Assembly: GCA_038321315.1 (NCBI GenBank)
Contig: JBBQEX010000005.1
Span: 36,097-100,096, forward strand
DNA length: 64,000 nucleotides
Source of the DNA: Haliangiales bacterium
GTDB lineage: Bacteria; Myxococcota_A; Polyangia; Haliangiales; Haliangiaceae
Direction of reading: 5' to 3'
This document shows positions 18,717 to 29,054 of the stretch, piece after piece. Made by a program: the position numbers and the translations under genes. The number at the start of each line of letters is the position of its first letter. The stretch's first letter is position 1. A model generated the notes under the pieces. It did not search any database. It saw only the letters and a list, made by a program, of their open reading frames with translations, and was not told where the DNA came from.

Positions 18717-20177
18717 ATGGACAAGGTCACGCAGGAGGTCGTCCCGATCCTCATCCTCGTGACGATCGTGTTCATCGTCGTGCGGCGGCTGCCGAAGGTC
18801 GAGCTCGGGCACAGCCCGGAGTTCCGCCGACGCCGCGTGCTCAACTGGTTGCCGCTCGGCCTGACGTACGCGTTCCTCTACATGGGTCGCTACAACATCG
18901 TCGAGCTGATGAACCAGAAGGCCATCACCGGCCGCGAGTTCGGCGACATCGACGCCGTCGGCTCGATCGTCTACGGCCTGGCCTTCCTGATCAACGGCCC
19001 GCTCGCCGATCGCCTCGGCGGTCGCAAGACGATCCTGATCGCGGCGGTCGGTGCCGCGGTCTGCAACATCGCGATCGGGTTCCTCATCAAGACCGGCGAC
19101 TTCTATCAGTTCCAGACCATCGCGCTCGACGGGCACGGCTGGCCTGGCGTCGTCACCGCGGGCGCGTATCGCGAGGCCGCACCGTCGGTCTCGACGCTGA
19201 CGCTGCTGTTCGCGCTCAACATGTACTTCCAGAGCTTCGGCGCGGTGTCGATCGTCAAGGTCAACGCGTCGTGGTTCCACCTTCGCGAGCGCGGCACGTT
19301 CGGCGGCATCTTCGGGATCCTGATCTCGCTCGGGCTCTACCTCGCGTTCGACTGGGCGCCGAAGATCGCGGATCTCACGTCGCTGCCGTGGCTGTTCTTC
19401 GCGCCGGGCTTGATCCTGCTGCTGTTCTGGCTGCTGTCGTATATCTGGGTGCGCGACACGCCCGCGCAGGCGGGGCTCGCCGACTTCGATGTCGCCGACG
19501 CGTCGAGCGGCGAGACCGGACCACCAGACAAGGCGCTCGTCATCATCAAGCGGATGCTGTCGAGTCGCGTGCTCCTCATCATCGCGGCGATCTCGTTCTG
19601 CTCGGGCTTCCTCCGGCAGGGCATCCTCAAGTGGTACAAGACGTTCGCGTCGGGCGTCCCCGGCCTCGCCGAGACGTTCATCAGCCGGCACTGGGGCATG
19701 GTGTCGTGCGCGGCCGGCATCACCGGCGGCATGTTCGCCGGCATCCTCAGCGATCACTTCTTCAAGTCGCGCCGCCCGCCGGTCGCGATCGTGCTGTTCG
19801 CCGCGCTGTTGCTCGGCGCCGTCGCGATCGTGCCGCTGCTGTCGGTGCCGGTGACCATCGGCTTCGTGATCGCGTTCATGGCGATGTCGGTGATCGGCGT
19901 GCACGGCATGCTGTCCGGCGTCGCGAGCCAGGATTTTGGCGGTCGCCGCAACGCCGGCACCGCGACCGGGCTGATCGATGGCTTTGTCTACTTCGGCACC
20001 GCGTTGCAGGGCTTCGTCTACGCGCGCACGCTCCCCGAGCGCGGCACGCCCGAGGCGTCCGACGTGTCGAGCTGGCTCGCGTGGCCGATCGCGATGATCC
20101 CGATGGCCGTCATCGGGCTCGCGCTTTCGATCACGATCGTGAACGCGGTCGTCAAAGCTCCGCCCGCGAAGTCATGA
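18717..20177 (+). CDS. MFS transporter, organophosphate:phosphate antiporter-like (GlpT/UhpC-like)
   Basis: About 12 TM segments. NWLPLGLTYAFLYMGRYNIV is typical of OPA-family MFS. Confidence 0.8.
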   Translation: MDKVTQEVVPILILVTIVFIVVRRLPKVELGHSPEFRRRRVLNWLPLGLTYAFLYMGRYNIVELMNQKAITGREFGDIDAVGSIVYGLAFLINGPLADRLGGRKTILIAAVGAAVCNIAIGFLIKTGDFYQFQTIALDGHGWPGVVTAGAYREAAPSVSTLTLLFALNMYFQSFGAVSIVKVNASWFHLRERGTFGGIFGILISLGLYLAFDWAPKIADLTSLPWLFFAPGLILLLFWLLSYIWVRDTPAQAGLADFDVADASSGETGPPDKALVIIKRMLSSRVLLIIAAISFCSGFLRQGILKWYKTFASGVPGLAETFISRHWGMVSCAAGITGGMFAGILSDHFFKSRRPPVAIVLFAALLLGAVAIVPLLSVPVTIGFVIAFMAMSVIGVHGMLSGVASQDFGGRRNAGTATGLIDGFVYFGTALQGFVYARTLPERGTPEASDVSSWLAWPIAMIPMAVIGLALSITIVNAVVKAPPAKS

Positions 20178-20998
20178 CCACGCGGCGTCGATCGGCGACC
20201 AGCGCGGGCCTGCGTCGCGACCTGCTCGACGCGGTCGCCCACCTGCTCGCGCAGGCTCGCAGTGCCCTCATCATCACCGGGCCCGGGCTGTCGGCGGACT
20301 CCGGCGTCGTGCACTACCGCGGCATCCCCGGGCTGGTTCGCAAGAAGCCCGAGGACGGCAAGCTGCTCGAGCACGCGATGACGGTCGAGACGCTGCTCGC
20401 GAAGCCGGGGCTGACCTGGAAGTACCTCCTCGAGATGGACACGCACATCAACGCGGTGCAGCCGAACCGCGGGCACGAGATCATCGCGCATGCCGAGCAG
20501 GATCTGCGGCGGCTCGCGGTGATGACGATCAACGTCGATCGGCTGCACCAGCGCGCCGGCAGCAAGAACGTGATCGAGATGCACGGCGCGCTGCACGACC
20601 TCCTGTGCACGCAGTGCGAGATCAGCCAGCGCTGCACGAGCTTCGCGAACATGGACGTCCCACCGGTCTGCCGGGTGTGCGGCACGATCCTGCGTCCCGA
20701 TATGCCGCTGTTCGGTGAGGCGCTGCCGGCCGATCCGTTCACCCGGCTCCAGGAGGAGCTCGAGACCGGGTTCGACCTCGTGATCGCGGTCGGCATCAAC
20801 ACGATGTTCCCGTACATCGCGCGGCCGATCCTGGTCGCCAAGTCGGAAGGGATCCCGACCGTCGAGATCTGTGCCGGCACGACGGAAGTGTCGGATCTCG
20901 TGGACTTCCGGTTCCGCGGCACGCCGATGCGCGTGCTCGACCTGATCTGGGACAGCTACAAGCAGCTGCCGCGCGACACGCAAGATCCGCACGGCTGA
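20174..20998 (+). CDS. NAD-dependent protein deacylase, Sir2/sirtuin (CobB) family
   Basis: ALIITGPGLSADSGVVHYRG is the NAD-binding GAGIS-like motif. A Zn ribbon CTQC...CRVC is present. ATG overlaps the MFS stop (ATGA). Confidence 0.8.
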   Translation: MTTRRRSATSAGLRRDLLDAVAHLLAQARSALIITGPGLSADSGVVHYRGIPGLVRKKPEDGKLLEHAMTVETLLAKPGLTWKYLLEMDTHINAVQPNRGHEIIAHAEQDLRRLAVMTINVDRLHQRAGSKNVIEMHGALHDLLCTQCEISQRCTSFANMDVPPVCRVCGTILRPDMPLFGEALPADPFTRLQEELETGFDLVIAVGINTMFPYIARPILVAKSEGIPTVEICAGTTEVSDLVDFRFRGTPMRVLDLIWDSYKQLPRDTQDPHG

Positions 20999-21063
20999 TG
21001 GGCGTTCACGCTCGTAAGTGTGCGGATAGCTAGCGTTACCAATCACTGCTTCCATCGGGAGAT

Positions 21064-23040
21064 TTGCCCGTGATAAGTCGGTCCTCCATGCAGCTTCGCA
21101 GTGTGTTCGTGGCCGCCATCGTGGCGGCGGGTTTCGGGTGTGGCGGGGACGATGGCGCGAAGGGTCCTTCGTTTCCGGATCAGCACCCCCGCGTGTTCCT
21201 CGCGCAGAACAAGACGCGCCTCAAGCAGGCGCTCGCGGACGGCAAGCCGGAGGCCAAGCGGTTCTCCGATATGGTCGACAAGTGGATGGCCGATCCGACC
21301 GGCTCGAACATCTACAACTTCGTCGAGTGGTACGCGGCGCTGATGGGCCAGCTGACCGAGGACCCGAAGTACTGCAAGGCCGCGGTCGCCTCGCTCGACA
21401 AGTACATCGCCAACGAGGAGACGATGATCGCGGGCGGCCAGGCGCCGATGGTCGTCGCTGATTCGTATCTCCAGATCGGCGGCATCGTCGGCAACATCGC
21501 GCTGACGATCGACTACTGCTACGGCGAGGTCGGCGACAAGCGCACGCGCTGGCTCGCCTACGCGAATCAGGCGGTGTGGAACGTCTGGAACTTCAAAGAC
21601 GCCACGTGGGGCGGCAAGAAGATGGACTGGAGCGGGTGGTCCGTCGACAACCCGGTCAACAACTACTACTACTCGTTCCTGCGGGCGACGATGTTGCTCG
21701 GCCTGGTCGCGCACGGCGAGCTGCCCGATGCCGACGGCTGGATCACCGAGTTCCACGACACCAAGCTCACCGACCAACTCTACCCGGTGTTCACCAGCGA
21801 TCTCGTCGGCGGCGGCTCGCGCGAGGGCACCGGCTACGGCATCTCGATGCGCGCGCTGTTCGAGGAGATGGACTGGTGGGACCAGTCGACCGGCGAGGAT
21901 CTCTCGAAGAAGACGCCGCACACGCGGGCGTCGATGCTGTCGATGATGCACGAGACCGTGCCGACGCTCGATCGCACCGCGCCGATCGGCGACCAGACCC
22001 GCGACGCCGCGGCGCCGCTGTTCGACTACCACCGCCAGTACCTGATCGAGCTGATGCACCTGTTCCCGAGCGACCCGGTCACCCCGGCGGCGCGCTCGTT
22101 CCTCGACGCGAGCTCGGTCCCCGAGATGGACCAGCAGTTCATGTACGTCTACGATTTTTACTATCCGATCAGCGATGTCGTCGCGAAGCCGCTCGACACG
22201 CTCAACACCGCGTACTGGGCGCCCGGCATCGGCAACCTCTACGCGCGCTCGAGCTGGGACAAGTCGGCGACGTGGATGGCGCTGATCGCCGGCCCGTACA
22301 CCGAGTCGCACGCGCACGAGGACCAGGGTTCGTTCCTGTTCTACAAGGACGAGTGGCTCGGCTACGACCCGAACACCGAGACCGCGTCGGGCATCCGCCA
22401 CGAGAACGAGGCGCACAACCTCGTCCGCATCACCGACGGCACGACGACGATCCACCAGCACGACAACACGGTCTCGCAGCTGCTCGGGCTCAAGCAGGGC
22501 AACGGCTACGTCTACGCCGCGGCCGACGTCACCGCCGCGTATACCGGCGAGGCCAAGGTCCAGCAGGTCCAGCGCGAGATCCTGTTCATCCAGCCGAACA
22601 TCATGGTGGTCTACGATCGGCTGAAGACCTCCGACGGCACGAACCTCGTGTGGCAGGTCACCTCGCCGGTCGCGTCGACCGCGAACGGCAACAGCGCGCT
22701 CGTCCAGGGCACGCACCACGCGATGCACGTCCAGAACATCGTGCCGGGCATCGGCCCCGGGCCGGTCCACTCGTTCCAGGACGATGACTCGGACTACCGC
22801 GGCGGCTACCGCACCGACTTCACGCAGGGTGGCGGCGACAAGCGCTTCCTCACCGTGATCTCGACCGATGGCGACGTCGCCAGCGCGACCGCGAACGGCA
22901 CGGACGGCGTGACGATCAACCTCGCGGGCGGCGGCACCGCGACCGTCACGTTCCAGCACGACAGCGTCGGCGCGTCGTACACGCCGGCCGGTGGCAGCGC
23001 GATCTCGCTCGGCGCCGGCGTGCAAACGCTCGCGGAGTAG
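21064..23040 (+). CDS. Heparinase II/III-like polysaccharide lyase family lipoprotein
   Basis: Lipobox AAGFGCGGDD. SHAHEDQGSFLFYKDEWLGYDPN matches the heparinase II/III C-terminal signature. The N-terminal alpha/alpha toroid is Trp/Tyr-rich. The track start is TTG at 21064. A GTG at 21070 has a GGGAG RBS, and an ATG at 21088 is also possible. Confidence 0.7.
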   Translation: MPVISRSSMQLRSVFVAAIVAAGFGCGGDDGAKGPSFPDQHPRVFLAQNKTRLKQALADGKPEAKRFSDMVDKWMADPTGSNIYNFVEWYAALMGQLTEDPKYCKAAVASLDKYIANEETMIAGGQAPMVVADSYLQIGGIVGNIALTIDYCYGEVGDKRTRWLAYANQAVWNVWNFKDATWGGKKMDWSGWSVDNPVNNYYYSFLRATMLLGLVAHGELPDADGWITEFHDTKLTDQLYPVFTSDLVGGGSREGTGYGISMRALFEEMDWWDQSTGEDLSKKTPHTRASMLSMMHETVPTLDRTAPIGDQTRDAAAPLFDYHRQYLIELMHLFPSDPVTPAARSFLDASSVPEMDQQFMYVYDFYYPISDVVAKPLDTLNTAYWAPGIGNLYARSSWDKSATWMALIAGPYTESHAHEDQGSFLFYKDEWLGYDPNTETASGIRHENEAHNLVRITDGTTTIHQHDNTVSQLLGLKQGNGYVYAAADVTAAYTGEAKVQQVQREILFIQPNIMVVYDRLKTSDGTNLVWQVTSPVASTANGNSALVQGTHHAMHVQNIVPGIGPGPVHSFQDDDSDYRGGYRTDFTQGGGDKRFLTVISTDGDVASATANGTDGVTINLAGGGTATVTFQHDSVGASYTPAGGSAISLGAGVQTLAE

Positions 23041-23054
23041 TTAGTATCGGCGGG

Positions 23055-23867
23055 ATGTCCCGCTGGCTCGCGACGACGATCAAGCTGTTGCCGGTGGTCG
23101 CGGTCGCGGCGGTGCTGTCGATCGGCGGCCTCGTCGCGTTTCGCGCGATCGTGCCGGTCGCCGTGCTGCGGCCGTCGTCGAGCGAGGTCGGCAACTACCT
23201 GCAGACCGTCGGCGGGATCTACGCGGTGCTGCTCGCGTTCGTCGTCTACGTCGTGTGGGGCCAGTACAACGAGGCGCGCGGGCTGGTCGATCGCGAGGCC
23301 ACCGCGCTCGTCGATCTGCACCGCACCGCGAGCGGCCTGCCGCCCGAGACCCGCGCGGAGATCCAGTCGGGCCTACGCGGCTACGTCGATGCCGTGCTCG
23401 CCGACGAGTGGCCGGCGATGGCGTGTCGCGACGAGGTCACGATCGAGAAGGTCGGCGAGCGCCTCGATCGCGTGTGGCTCGCGATCCATCGCTGCCGGCC
23501 GGCGAACGCCTGCCAGCACACCGTGTTCGGCGAGGTGCTGACGCGGTTCAACAACCTGACCGACATCCGCACGAACCGGCTGAGCGCGTCGCGCTCGCGG
23601 ATCCCCGGCGCGATGCGGATCCTGCTCTACACCGGCGGCATCCTGACGACGTGCTCGATGTACCTGCTCGCGATCGATCTGTTCTGGATCCACGCCGCGA
23701 TCACCGGCGCGCTCGCGGGTGCGATCGGTCACGTCCTGTTCCTCATCACCGACCTCGACGACGCGTTCGCTGGCGACTATCAGGTCGCCAAGATGCCCCT
23801 CCTGCGCGCCCTCAAGCACTTCGACCGCGACGCCCACGTCATCGACGCCGACTGCACGGCGGCATGA
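23055..23867 (+). CDS. DUF4239-like membrane protein
   Basis: Four predicted TM helices with the interhelical acidic segment LVDREATALVDLH. Family assigned by pattern recall only. Confidence 0.6.
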   Translation: MSRWLATTIKLLPVVAVAAVLSIGGLVAFRAIVPVAVLRPSSSEVGNYLQTVGGIYAVLLAFVVYVVWGQYNEARGLVDREATALVDLHRTASGLPPETRAEIQSGLRGYVDAVLADEWPAMACRDEVTIEKVGERLDRVWLAIHRCRPANACQHTVFGEVLTRFNNLTDIRTNRLSASRSRIPGAMRILLYTGGILTTCSMYLLAIDLFWIHAAITGALAGAIGHVLFLITDLDDAFAGDYQVAKMPLLRALKHFDRDAHVIDADCTAA

Positions 23868-26425
23868 TGGTAGGTTCGCCCGCCGTGGTGCCGCGTCCGA
23901 AGCCCTTGCGATTCGAGCTCGCGATGGTCGTGCTCGTCGCCTGCACGATCCTCCTGCCCGGGCTCGGTGGTTACTCGCTGGTCGATCCGTGGGAGACGCA
24001 CTACGGCGAGGTCGCGCGCAACATGCTGGTCGACAACGACTACGTGTACACGCAGTGGCCGGGCACGAACCTCGAGGATCAGGCCAACGAGGGCTTCCGC
24101 AGCAAGCCGGTCTTGCAGTTCTGGATGATGGCGGCCGGCCTCAAGTCGGTCGGCGTCGGGGCGCACGGTGGCTACTCCGGCGAGATGGTGCACGACGCGC
24201 GCACGATGATCGGGATCCGCTACCCGTTCGTGCTCTCCGCGCTCGCGGGCCTCGTCCTCATGTGGGTGATGCTCGCGCGGCTGATCTCTCGCCGGGTCGC
24301 GTGGCTCGCGCTGCTCGTCGTCGGCTCGTGTCCGTTCTTCTGTCTGGTGTCGCGCCAGGCGATCCCCGACATGCCGCTGGTCGCGTGCACGATGGGGGCG
24401 CTCGCGCTGTTCACGCTCGCGATGGAGGACGGCGATCGGCCGATCACGCGATGGAGCTGGCGGCGCGGCCGGATCCAGCTCGACGCGCGCCACGTCGTGC
24501 TCGGCGTGTTCGGCGGGTTCGTCGTCGTCCAGCTGGTCTACGACACCGTGTACTTCGCGACGATCGGCGACTGGGCGTTCCGCGGCAATCTGCCGAACCC
24601 CGCGATCTGGCTGCCACTCCTCGGGATCATCGGGCTCGGCGGCATGTTCCGCGACGGGTTCGCGATGATGCGCGCGCCGTTCGTGTTGCTCGGTGCCCCG
24701 ATCGCGCTCGCGCTCCGCGAGCCGATCCCTCCGGACGCGCGCCTCGGCATCTACGCCGCGTGGGAGCGCCACGCGATCGATCGCTACATCATCCGCGGCC
24801 TCGCGTATCCGGTGCTCGGCAAGTGGGGCCCGACGCAGGCGGTCGCCGATCGCGCGCTCGCGATGGCGCCGATCGCGACGATGCGCCAGGTCTACCTGAT
24901 GGCGTGCTACGCGCTGCTCGGCGTCTCGATCCTCGCCAAGGGCCCGCCAGGCGTCGCCGTCGTCGGCGGGGTCGGCGTGTTCTACGTGATCCTGCTCGGC
25001 AAGTGGCGGGCGCTCTACAACGGCGACTTCGAGATCAAGCGCGGCCTCCTGTTCGCGTCGGTGATCTTCCTGCCGTGGCACCTCGCGATGTGGATGAAGG
25101 CCGGGCCGGCGTTCATCAACGAGTACCTGTTCACCCACATCCTCAATCGCGCGACGACCGGCGTCGATAACTCGCCCGGCACCTTCGAGTACTACTCGTC
25201 GCAGATCGGCCACGGCATGTGGTTGTGGGCGGCGCTGTTACCGGCGGCGATCGCGAGCGGCTTCGCGCAGGCCAAGATCGCGACGCGCGAGGGGCGCGTG
25301 CGCTTCATCATCGCGCTGTGGGCGATCGTCGGCGTCGCGTTCTTCTCGCTGGTCCAGACCAAGTTCCATCACTACATCCTCCCGGCGATCCCGGCGCTCT
25401 GCATCCTGGTCGCGCTGTTCCTCGACGATCTGCTCGCCAAGCGCGAGCGGTTGCACCCGGTGTTCGCAGCGATCGCGATCGCGATCGTGTTCCTGGTCTG
25501 CCGCGACCTGATGTTCGAGCCCGAGCGCTGGATCGAGATGTTCGTGTTCCGCTACGACCGCCCGTGGCCGGCCGGCGAGCCGTGGGCGATCGACACGTCC
25601 GACGCGTTCCTCGGCCTCGCGATCTTCTCGGTCATCGCGATCGCGATCGCCGCGACGCGCTTCGTGCGGACCGGCGTCGCGCTGATCGGCGTCGCCGGGC
25701 TCGCGATCTGCATCTTCGCGCTCCACGTGTACATGCCGCCCGCCGGCACGCACTGGGGCATGCGCGACGCGATCAAGACCTACTACGACCAGCGCACGGT
25801 CTACGGCGAGCAGATCGTGTACTTCGACGCCCACCAGCTGCACAGCGACTGGGGCGATCCGACGCGCGGTCGGATCTCGTTCGACACCGTCGTCCCGGAG
25901 TCGCTCCAGATCGGCCAGCCGATGACCGTGAAGATCCAGCTGCGCAAGCCGGACGACGAGCGCGTCACGGTCGACCAGTTCACGCTGGTCGGTGCGGCAT
26001 CGAAGATCGGCGATCACACGGTCGAGATCACGCTCGCGCCCGGCGAGCGCGACAAGCTGGCGCCGTCGCTCAAGCTTGCCGGCACCGGCGCGTACGGCCG
26101 CCACCGCGCGCTCTACACGGTCGACGCCGACCGGCTGATCGCCTGGCAGCTGTACTGGCGCGGCGAGCAGTTCTGGTCGGGCGGCGAGATCTGGGACTAC
26201 CTGCCGGAGATGCGCACGTCGTTTCCGCCGACCAACAACACCGAGTTCACCAAGTACCTGGCCGACCGCCAGCGCATGCCGCTCGGCCGCCGCTACTTCC
26301 TGGTCACCGACGCAGGTCGCATCACGAGCGTGAAGTCGATGCTCCCGACGCAGCGCGGTAAGGACACGTTCGTCGTGCTCGACACCACGTCGAACAAGTT
26401 CTCGCTCGCTGCGTTCGACCAGTAG
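23864..26425 (+). CDS. Glycosyltransferase family 39 (ArnT/PMT-like) integral membrane protein
   Basis: Real start MMVGSPAVV at 23864 overlaps the DUF4239 stop (ATGA); upstream codons are Arg-rich. LVDPWETHYGEVARNM and many TM helices match the GT39 family. A large C-terminal soluble domain follows. Confidence 0.8.
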   Translation: MMVGSPAVVPRPKPLRFELAMVVLVACTILLPGLGGYSLVDPWETHYGEVARNMLVDNDYVYTQWPGTNLEDQANEGFRSKPVLQFWMMAAGLKSVGVGAHGGYSGEMVHDARTMIGIRYPFVLSALAGLVLMWVMLARLISRRVAWLALLVVGSCPFFCLVSRQAIPDMPLVACTMGALALFTLAMEDGDRPITRWSWRRGRIQLDARHVVLGVFGGFVVVQLVYDTVYFATIGDWAFRGNLPNPAIWLPLLGIIGLGGMFRDGFAMMRAPFVLLGAPIALALREPIPPDARLGIYAAWERHAIDRYIIRGLAYPVLGKWGPTQAVADRALAMAPIATMRQVYLMACYALLGVSILAKGPPGVAVVGGVGVFYVILLGKWRALYNGDFEIKRGLLFASVIFLPWHLAMWMKAGPAFINEYLFTHILNRATTGVDNSPGTFEYYSSQIGHGMWLWAALLPAAIASGFAQAKIATREGRVRFIIALWAIVGVAFFSLVQTKFHHYILPAIPALCILVALFLDDLLAKRERLHPVFAAIAIAIVFLVCRDLMFEPERWIEMFVFRYDRPWPAGEPWAIDTSDAFLGLAIFSVIAIAIAATRFVRTGVALIGVAGLAICIFALHVYMPPAGTHWGMRDAIKTYYDQRTVYGEQIVYFDAHQLHSDWGDPTRGRISFDTVVPESLQIGQPMTVKIQLRKPDDERVTVDQFTLVGAASKIGDHTVEITLAPGERDKLAPSLKLAGTGAYGRHRALYTVDADRLIAWQLYWRGEQFWSGGEIWDYLPEMRTSFPPTNNTEFTKYLADRQRMPLGRRYFLVTDAGRITSVKSMLPTQRGKDTFVVLDTTSNKFSLAAFDQ

Positions 26426-26482
26426 TCCTGTGCTCCGGCGCACGGTGGTGGGCGTGGCCCATCGAATGCAGCGTCGTCGAGC

Positions 26483-27208
26483 ATGCGCGCATTCATCCTC
26501 GGCCTGTCGCTGCTCGCGGGGGCCTGTACGTCCACGATCCAGACGGAAACCACCCATCCGGTTCGCCAGCCGGTCGTGGCCGCGCGTGCGAACGAGCCCG
26601 TACGTGCGATCGAGGGACACGGTGGACGCGACCCGCTCGCCTATCGCTGCGGCGACACCGTCCTCGCGGATCAGTCGACCAGCGGCGGCGAGCGCCTCCA
26701 GCTGTCGCAGCCGTGTTTCGATCCGCAGGAAGAAGCCGCCCAGGCGCCACGCGCGCTCCCCGCCAACGAGCAGGCGCGCGTGCCGAACGAGGTGCAGCGC
26801 GCGTCCGGCGGCCTCGTCGAGACCGAGCTCGTCGCGTGCCGCAACATCCCGGAGCGCGAGCTCGCGCACTCGCCGTTCGCGCACCACAAGGCGATCAGCG
26901 AGGTCATCCCGCACTACGCCGGCGGCACGGTGCGCGGCGCGCGCGTGGTGTTCAAGAAGATTCCCGGGATGACCGAGGCGTGGATGCGCCAGGACATCGC
27001 GTGTCACCAGGCGCGATTCGCGAGCCGCAGCGACTCGGCGAGCTACATGCCCGAGGATCCATCGATGATCGCCGGCACCCGGGTCACGGTCGAGAGCGAT
27101 CGCGCCACGGTGACCGTGCTGATCGAGGCGACGACCGACGAGGCCGGCCGCGAGGTCCTCGCGCGTGCCCGCGCCCTGATCGCCGCGCCGGCGACCGCAC
27201 TTCGGTAG
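26483..27208 (+). CDS. Hypothetical lipoprotein
   Basis: MRAFILGLSLLAGACTST (lipobox LAGC). No recognisable domain. Confidence 0.6.
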   Translation: MRAFILGLSLLAGACTSTIQTETTHPVRQPVVAARANEPVRAIEGHGGRDPLAYRCGDTVLADQSTSGGERLQLSQPCFDPQEEAAQAPRALPANEQARVPNEVQRASGGLVETELVACRNIPERELAHSPFAHHKAISEVIPHYAGGTVRGARVVFKKIPGMTEAWMRQDIACHQARFASRSDSASYMPEDPSMIAGTRVTVESDRATVTVLIEATTDEAGREVLARARALIAAPATALR

Positions 27209-27223
27209 TGATATACCGCGGCG

Positions 27224-28120
27224 ATGACCGCCAAGACGCTCGTCGTCGTCGCCTCGCTCGCCCTCGGCTCGACCGCATCGGCCGGTAACAAGTCGTGGAC
27301 CGCGGTGAAGAGCAAGCTGCCCACCAGCACCGCGATCGTCGCCAGCTTCGATCTCGCCGCGGCCCGGAAGACCGCGACGTTCGCCAAGGTCGTCGAGACG
27401 TTCACCGGGCGCAAGAAGCAGGTCGCCGACGCGATCGCGCTCGTCAAGTCGATCTGCGGCATCGACGCGCTCACCGCGCTCGACTCGGCGACCGTCGTGC
27501 TCGACGCCAACCAGCACGGCTACGTCGCGCTCGGCATGGCGAACCTCGACGAGGTGAAGCTGATCGCGTGCATCGACAAGCTCGCGGCGCACGACGATCC
27601 GAAGAAGCACGTCACGGTCACGAAGCTGACGGGCGGCGTCAGCCAGTACCAGATGACCGGCGACACCGACAAGTTCTGGCTCGCCTGGCCGGCCAGGGAC
27701 GTGCTCGCGTTCGACGTCGACACCTCGAAGCACGACGCGATCGACGGGCTCGCCAAGGGCAAGGCCGCGACCGGCGACCTCGCGACGTTCCTGGGCAAGA
27801 CAACGCCGACCGCGCTCGCGTTCGGCGCCGCGACGATCGGCAAGGACAACATCAACGGCGGCTACGGCACGATGACGCTCGCGAAGGGCAAGGTCACCGC
27901 GGTGATGCGCGCGACCATGGTCTCGCCCGATGCCGCGAAGAGCATGGTCTCGGTGCTGACCACGACGCTCGCGCAGGCGAGCGCGAACACGCCGCCCGAG
28001 ATCACGAAGCTCGTGAAGGCCGTCGTGGTCGGCATGAAGGGCAACGACCTCACGATCGACGCGGTCGTCGACGATGCCGACGTGGCCGCGATGATTCCGT
28101 TGCTTGCGAAGCTGTTCTAG
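27224..28120 (+). CDS. Secreted hypothetical protein, tandem paralog 1
   Basis: Signal peptide MTAKTLVVVASLALGSTASA. About 45% identical to the next gene product, with conserved KSWTA(V/I)K(S/G)KLP, (I/T)CGID and TGDLA motifs. Confidence 0.65.
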   Translation: MTAKTLVVVASLALGSTASAGNKSWTAVKSKLPTSTAIVASFDLAAARKTATFAKVVETFTGRKKQVADAIALVKSICGIDALTALDSATVVLDANQHGYVALGMANLDEVKLIACIDKLAAHDDPKKHVTVTKLTGGVSQYQMTGDTDKFWLAWPARDVLAFDVDTSKHDAIDGLAKGKAATGDLATFLGKTTPTALAFGAATIGKDNINGGYGTMTLAKGKVTAVMRATMVSPDAAKSMVSVLTTTLAQASANTPPEITKLVKAVVVGMKGNDLTIDAVVDDADVAAMIPLLAKLF

Positions 28121-28141
28121 ATCGGTGTACCAATCCGCCCC

Positions 28142-29050
28142 ATGACCCAGAGACTGGCGTTCGGTGCGGTGGTGCTCGTGGTTGCCCTGGCTCACTCGGC
28201 GGCGGCCGAGACCAGGTCGTGGACCGCGATCAAGGGCAAGCTGCCGGCCGACGCGATGCTGGTCGTCGGCTTCGACGTCAACCAGGCACGCGCGGCGTCG
28301 TCGTTCGGCAAGCTCGTCGAGGCGGTGACCAGCGAGAGCCACGATCTGGGCGACGGGCTCGCGCTCGTCAAGACGACCTGCGGGATCGATCCGGTCACCG
28401 CGGTGACCGACGTGACCATCGTCATGCGCAAGGACGAGAAGGGCATCGTCGTCGTCGGGATGACCGGCGTCGACGAGGCCAAGCTGCTGGTCTGCGCGAA
28501 CAAGCTGCAGGCCAAGGACAACCCGAAGAAGACGATCACCGGCAAGAAGGTCGGCGCGGTGACCGAGTACTCGGTCACCGACGAGAAGGACAAGCTCTAC
28601 GTCGCGTGGCTCGCCAAGGACGTCGTCGCGTTCAGCTTCGATCCCGACAAGCGCGTGGTGCTCGACGCCGCGATCGGCGGCAAGGGCGCGACCGGCGACC
28701 TTGCCAGGTCGCTCGCCAAGACGTCGCCCAGCGCGTTCGTGTTCGGCGCCGCGTCGATCGGCAAGGAGGGCATCGCCGGTGGGTTCGGCTCGATCACGCT
28801 CGCCAAGGGCGTGCTCACCGGATCGATGAAGATGACCGCGCAGAGTGGCGAGCTTGGCACCACGCTGCTCGCCGAGATCACCAAGGAGCTCGCGCGCGAC
28901 ATCGAGCGCAGCACGAAGAAGGCGCCGACGCTCGCCACCGTGTTGAAGGGCATCAAGGTCTCGGGCAAGGGCGCCGAGATCACGATCGACGCCGCGGTCA
29001 ACGAGGCCGATCTCCCGGGCCTCATCCCCGCGCTCGACAAGATCTTCTAG
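28142..29050 (+). CDS. Secreted hypothetical protein, tandem paralog 2
   Basis: Signal peptide MTQRLAFGAVVLVVALAHSAAA. Collinear similarity to 27224..28120 over the full length. Confidence 0.65.
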   Translation: MTQRLAFGAVVLVVALAHSAAAETRSWTAIKGKLPADAMLVVGFDVNQARAASSFGKLVEAVTSESHDLGDGLALVKTTCGIDPVTAVTDVTIVMRKDEKGIVVVGMTGVDEAKLLVCANKLQAKDNPKKTITGKKVGAVTEYSVTDEKDKLYVAWLAKDVVAFSFDPDKRVVLDAAIGGKGATGDLARSLAKTSPSAFVFGAASIGKEGIAGGFGSITLAKGVLTGSMKMTAQSGELGTTLLAEITKELARDIERSTKKAPTLATVLKGIKVSGKGAEITIDAAVNEADLPGLIPALDKIF

Positions 29051-29054
29051 AAGC

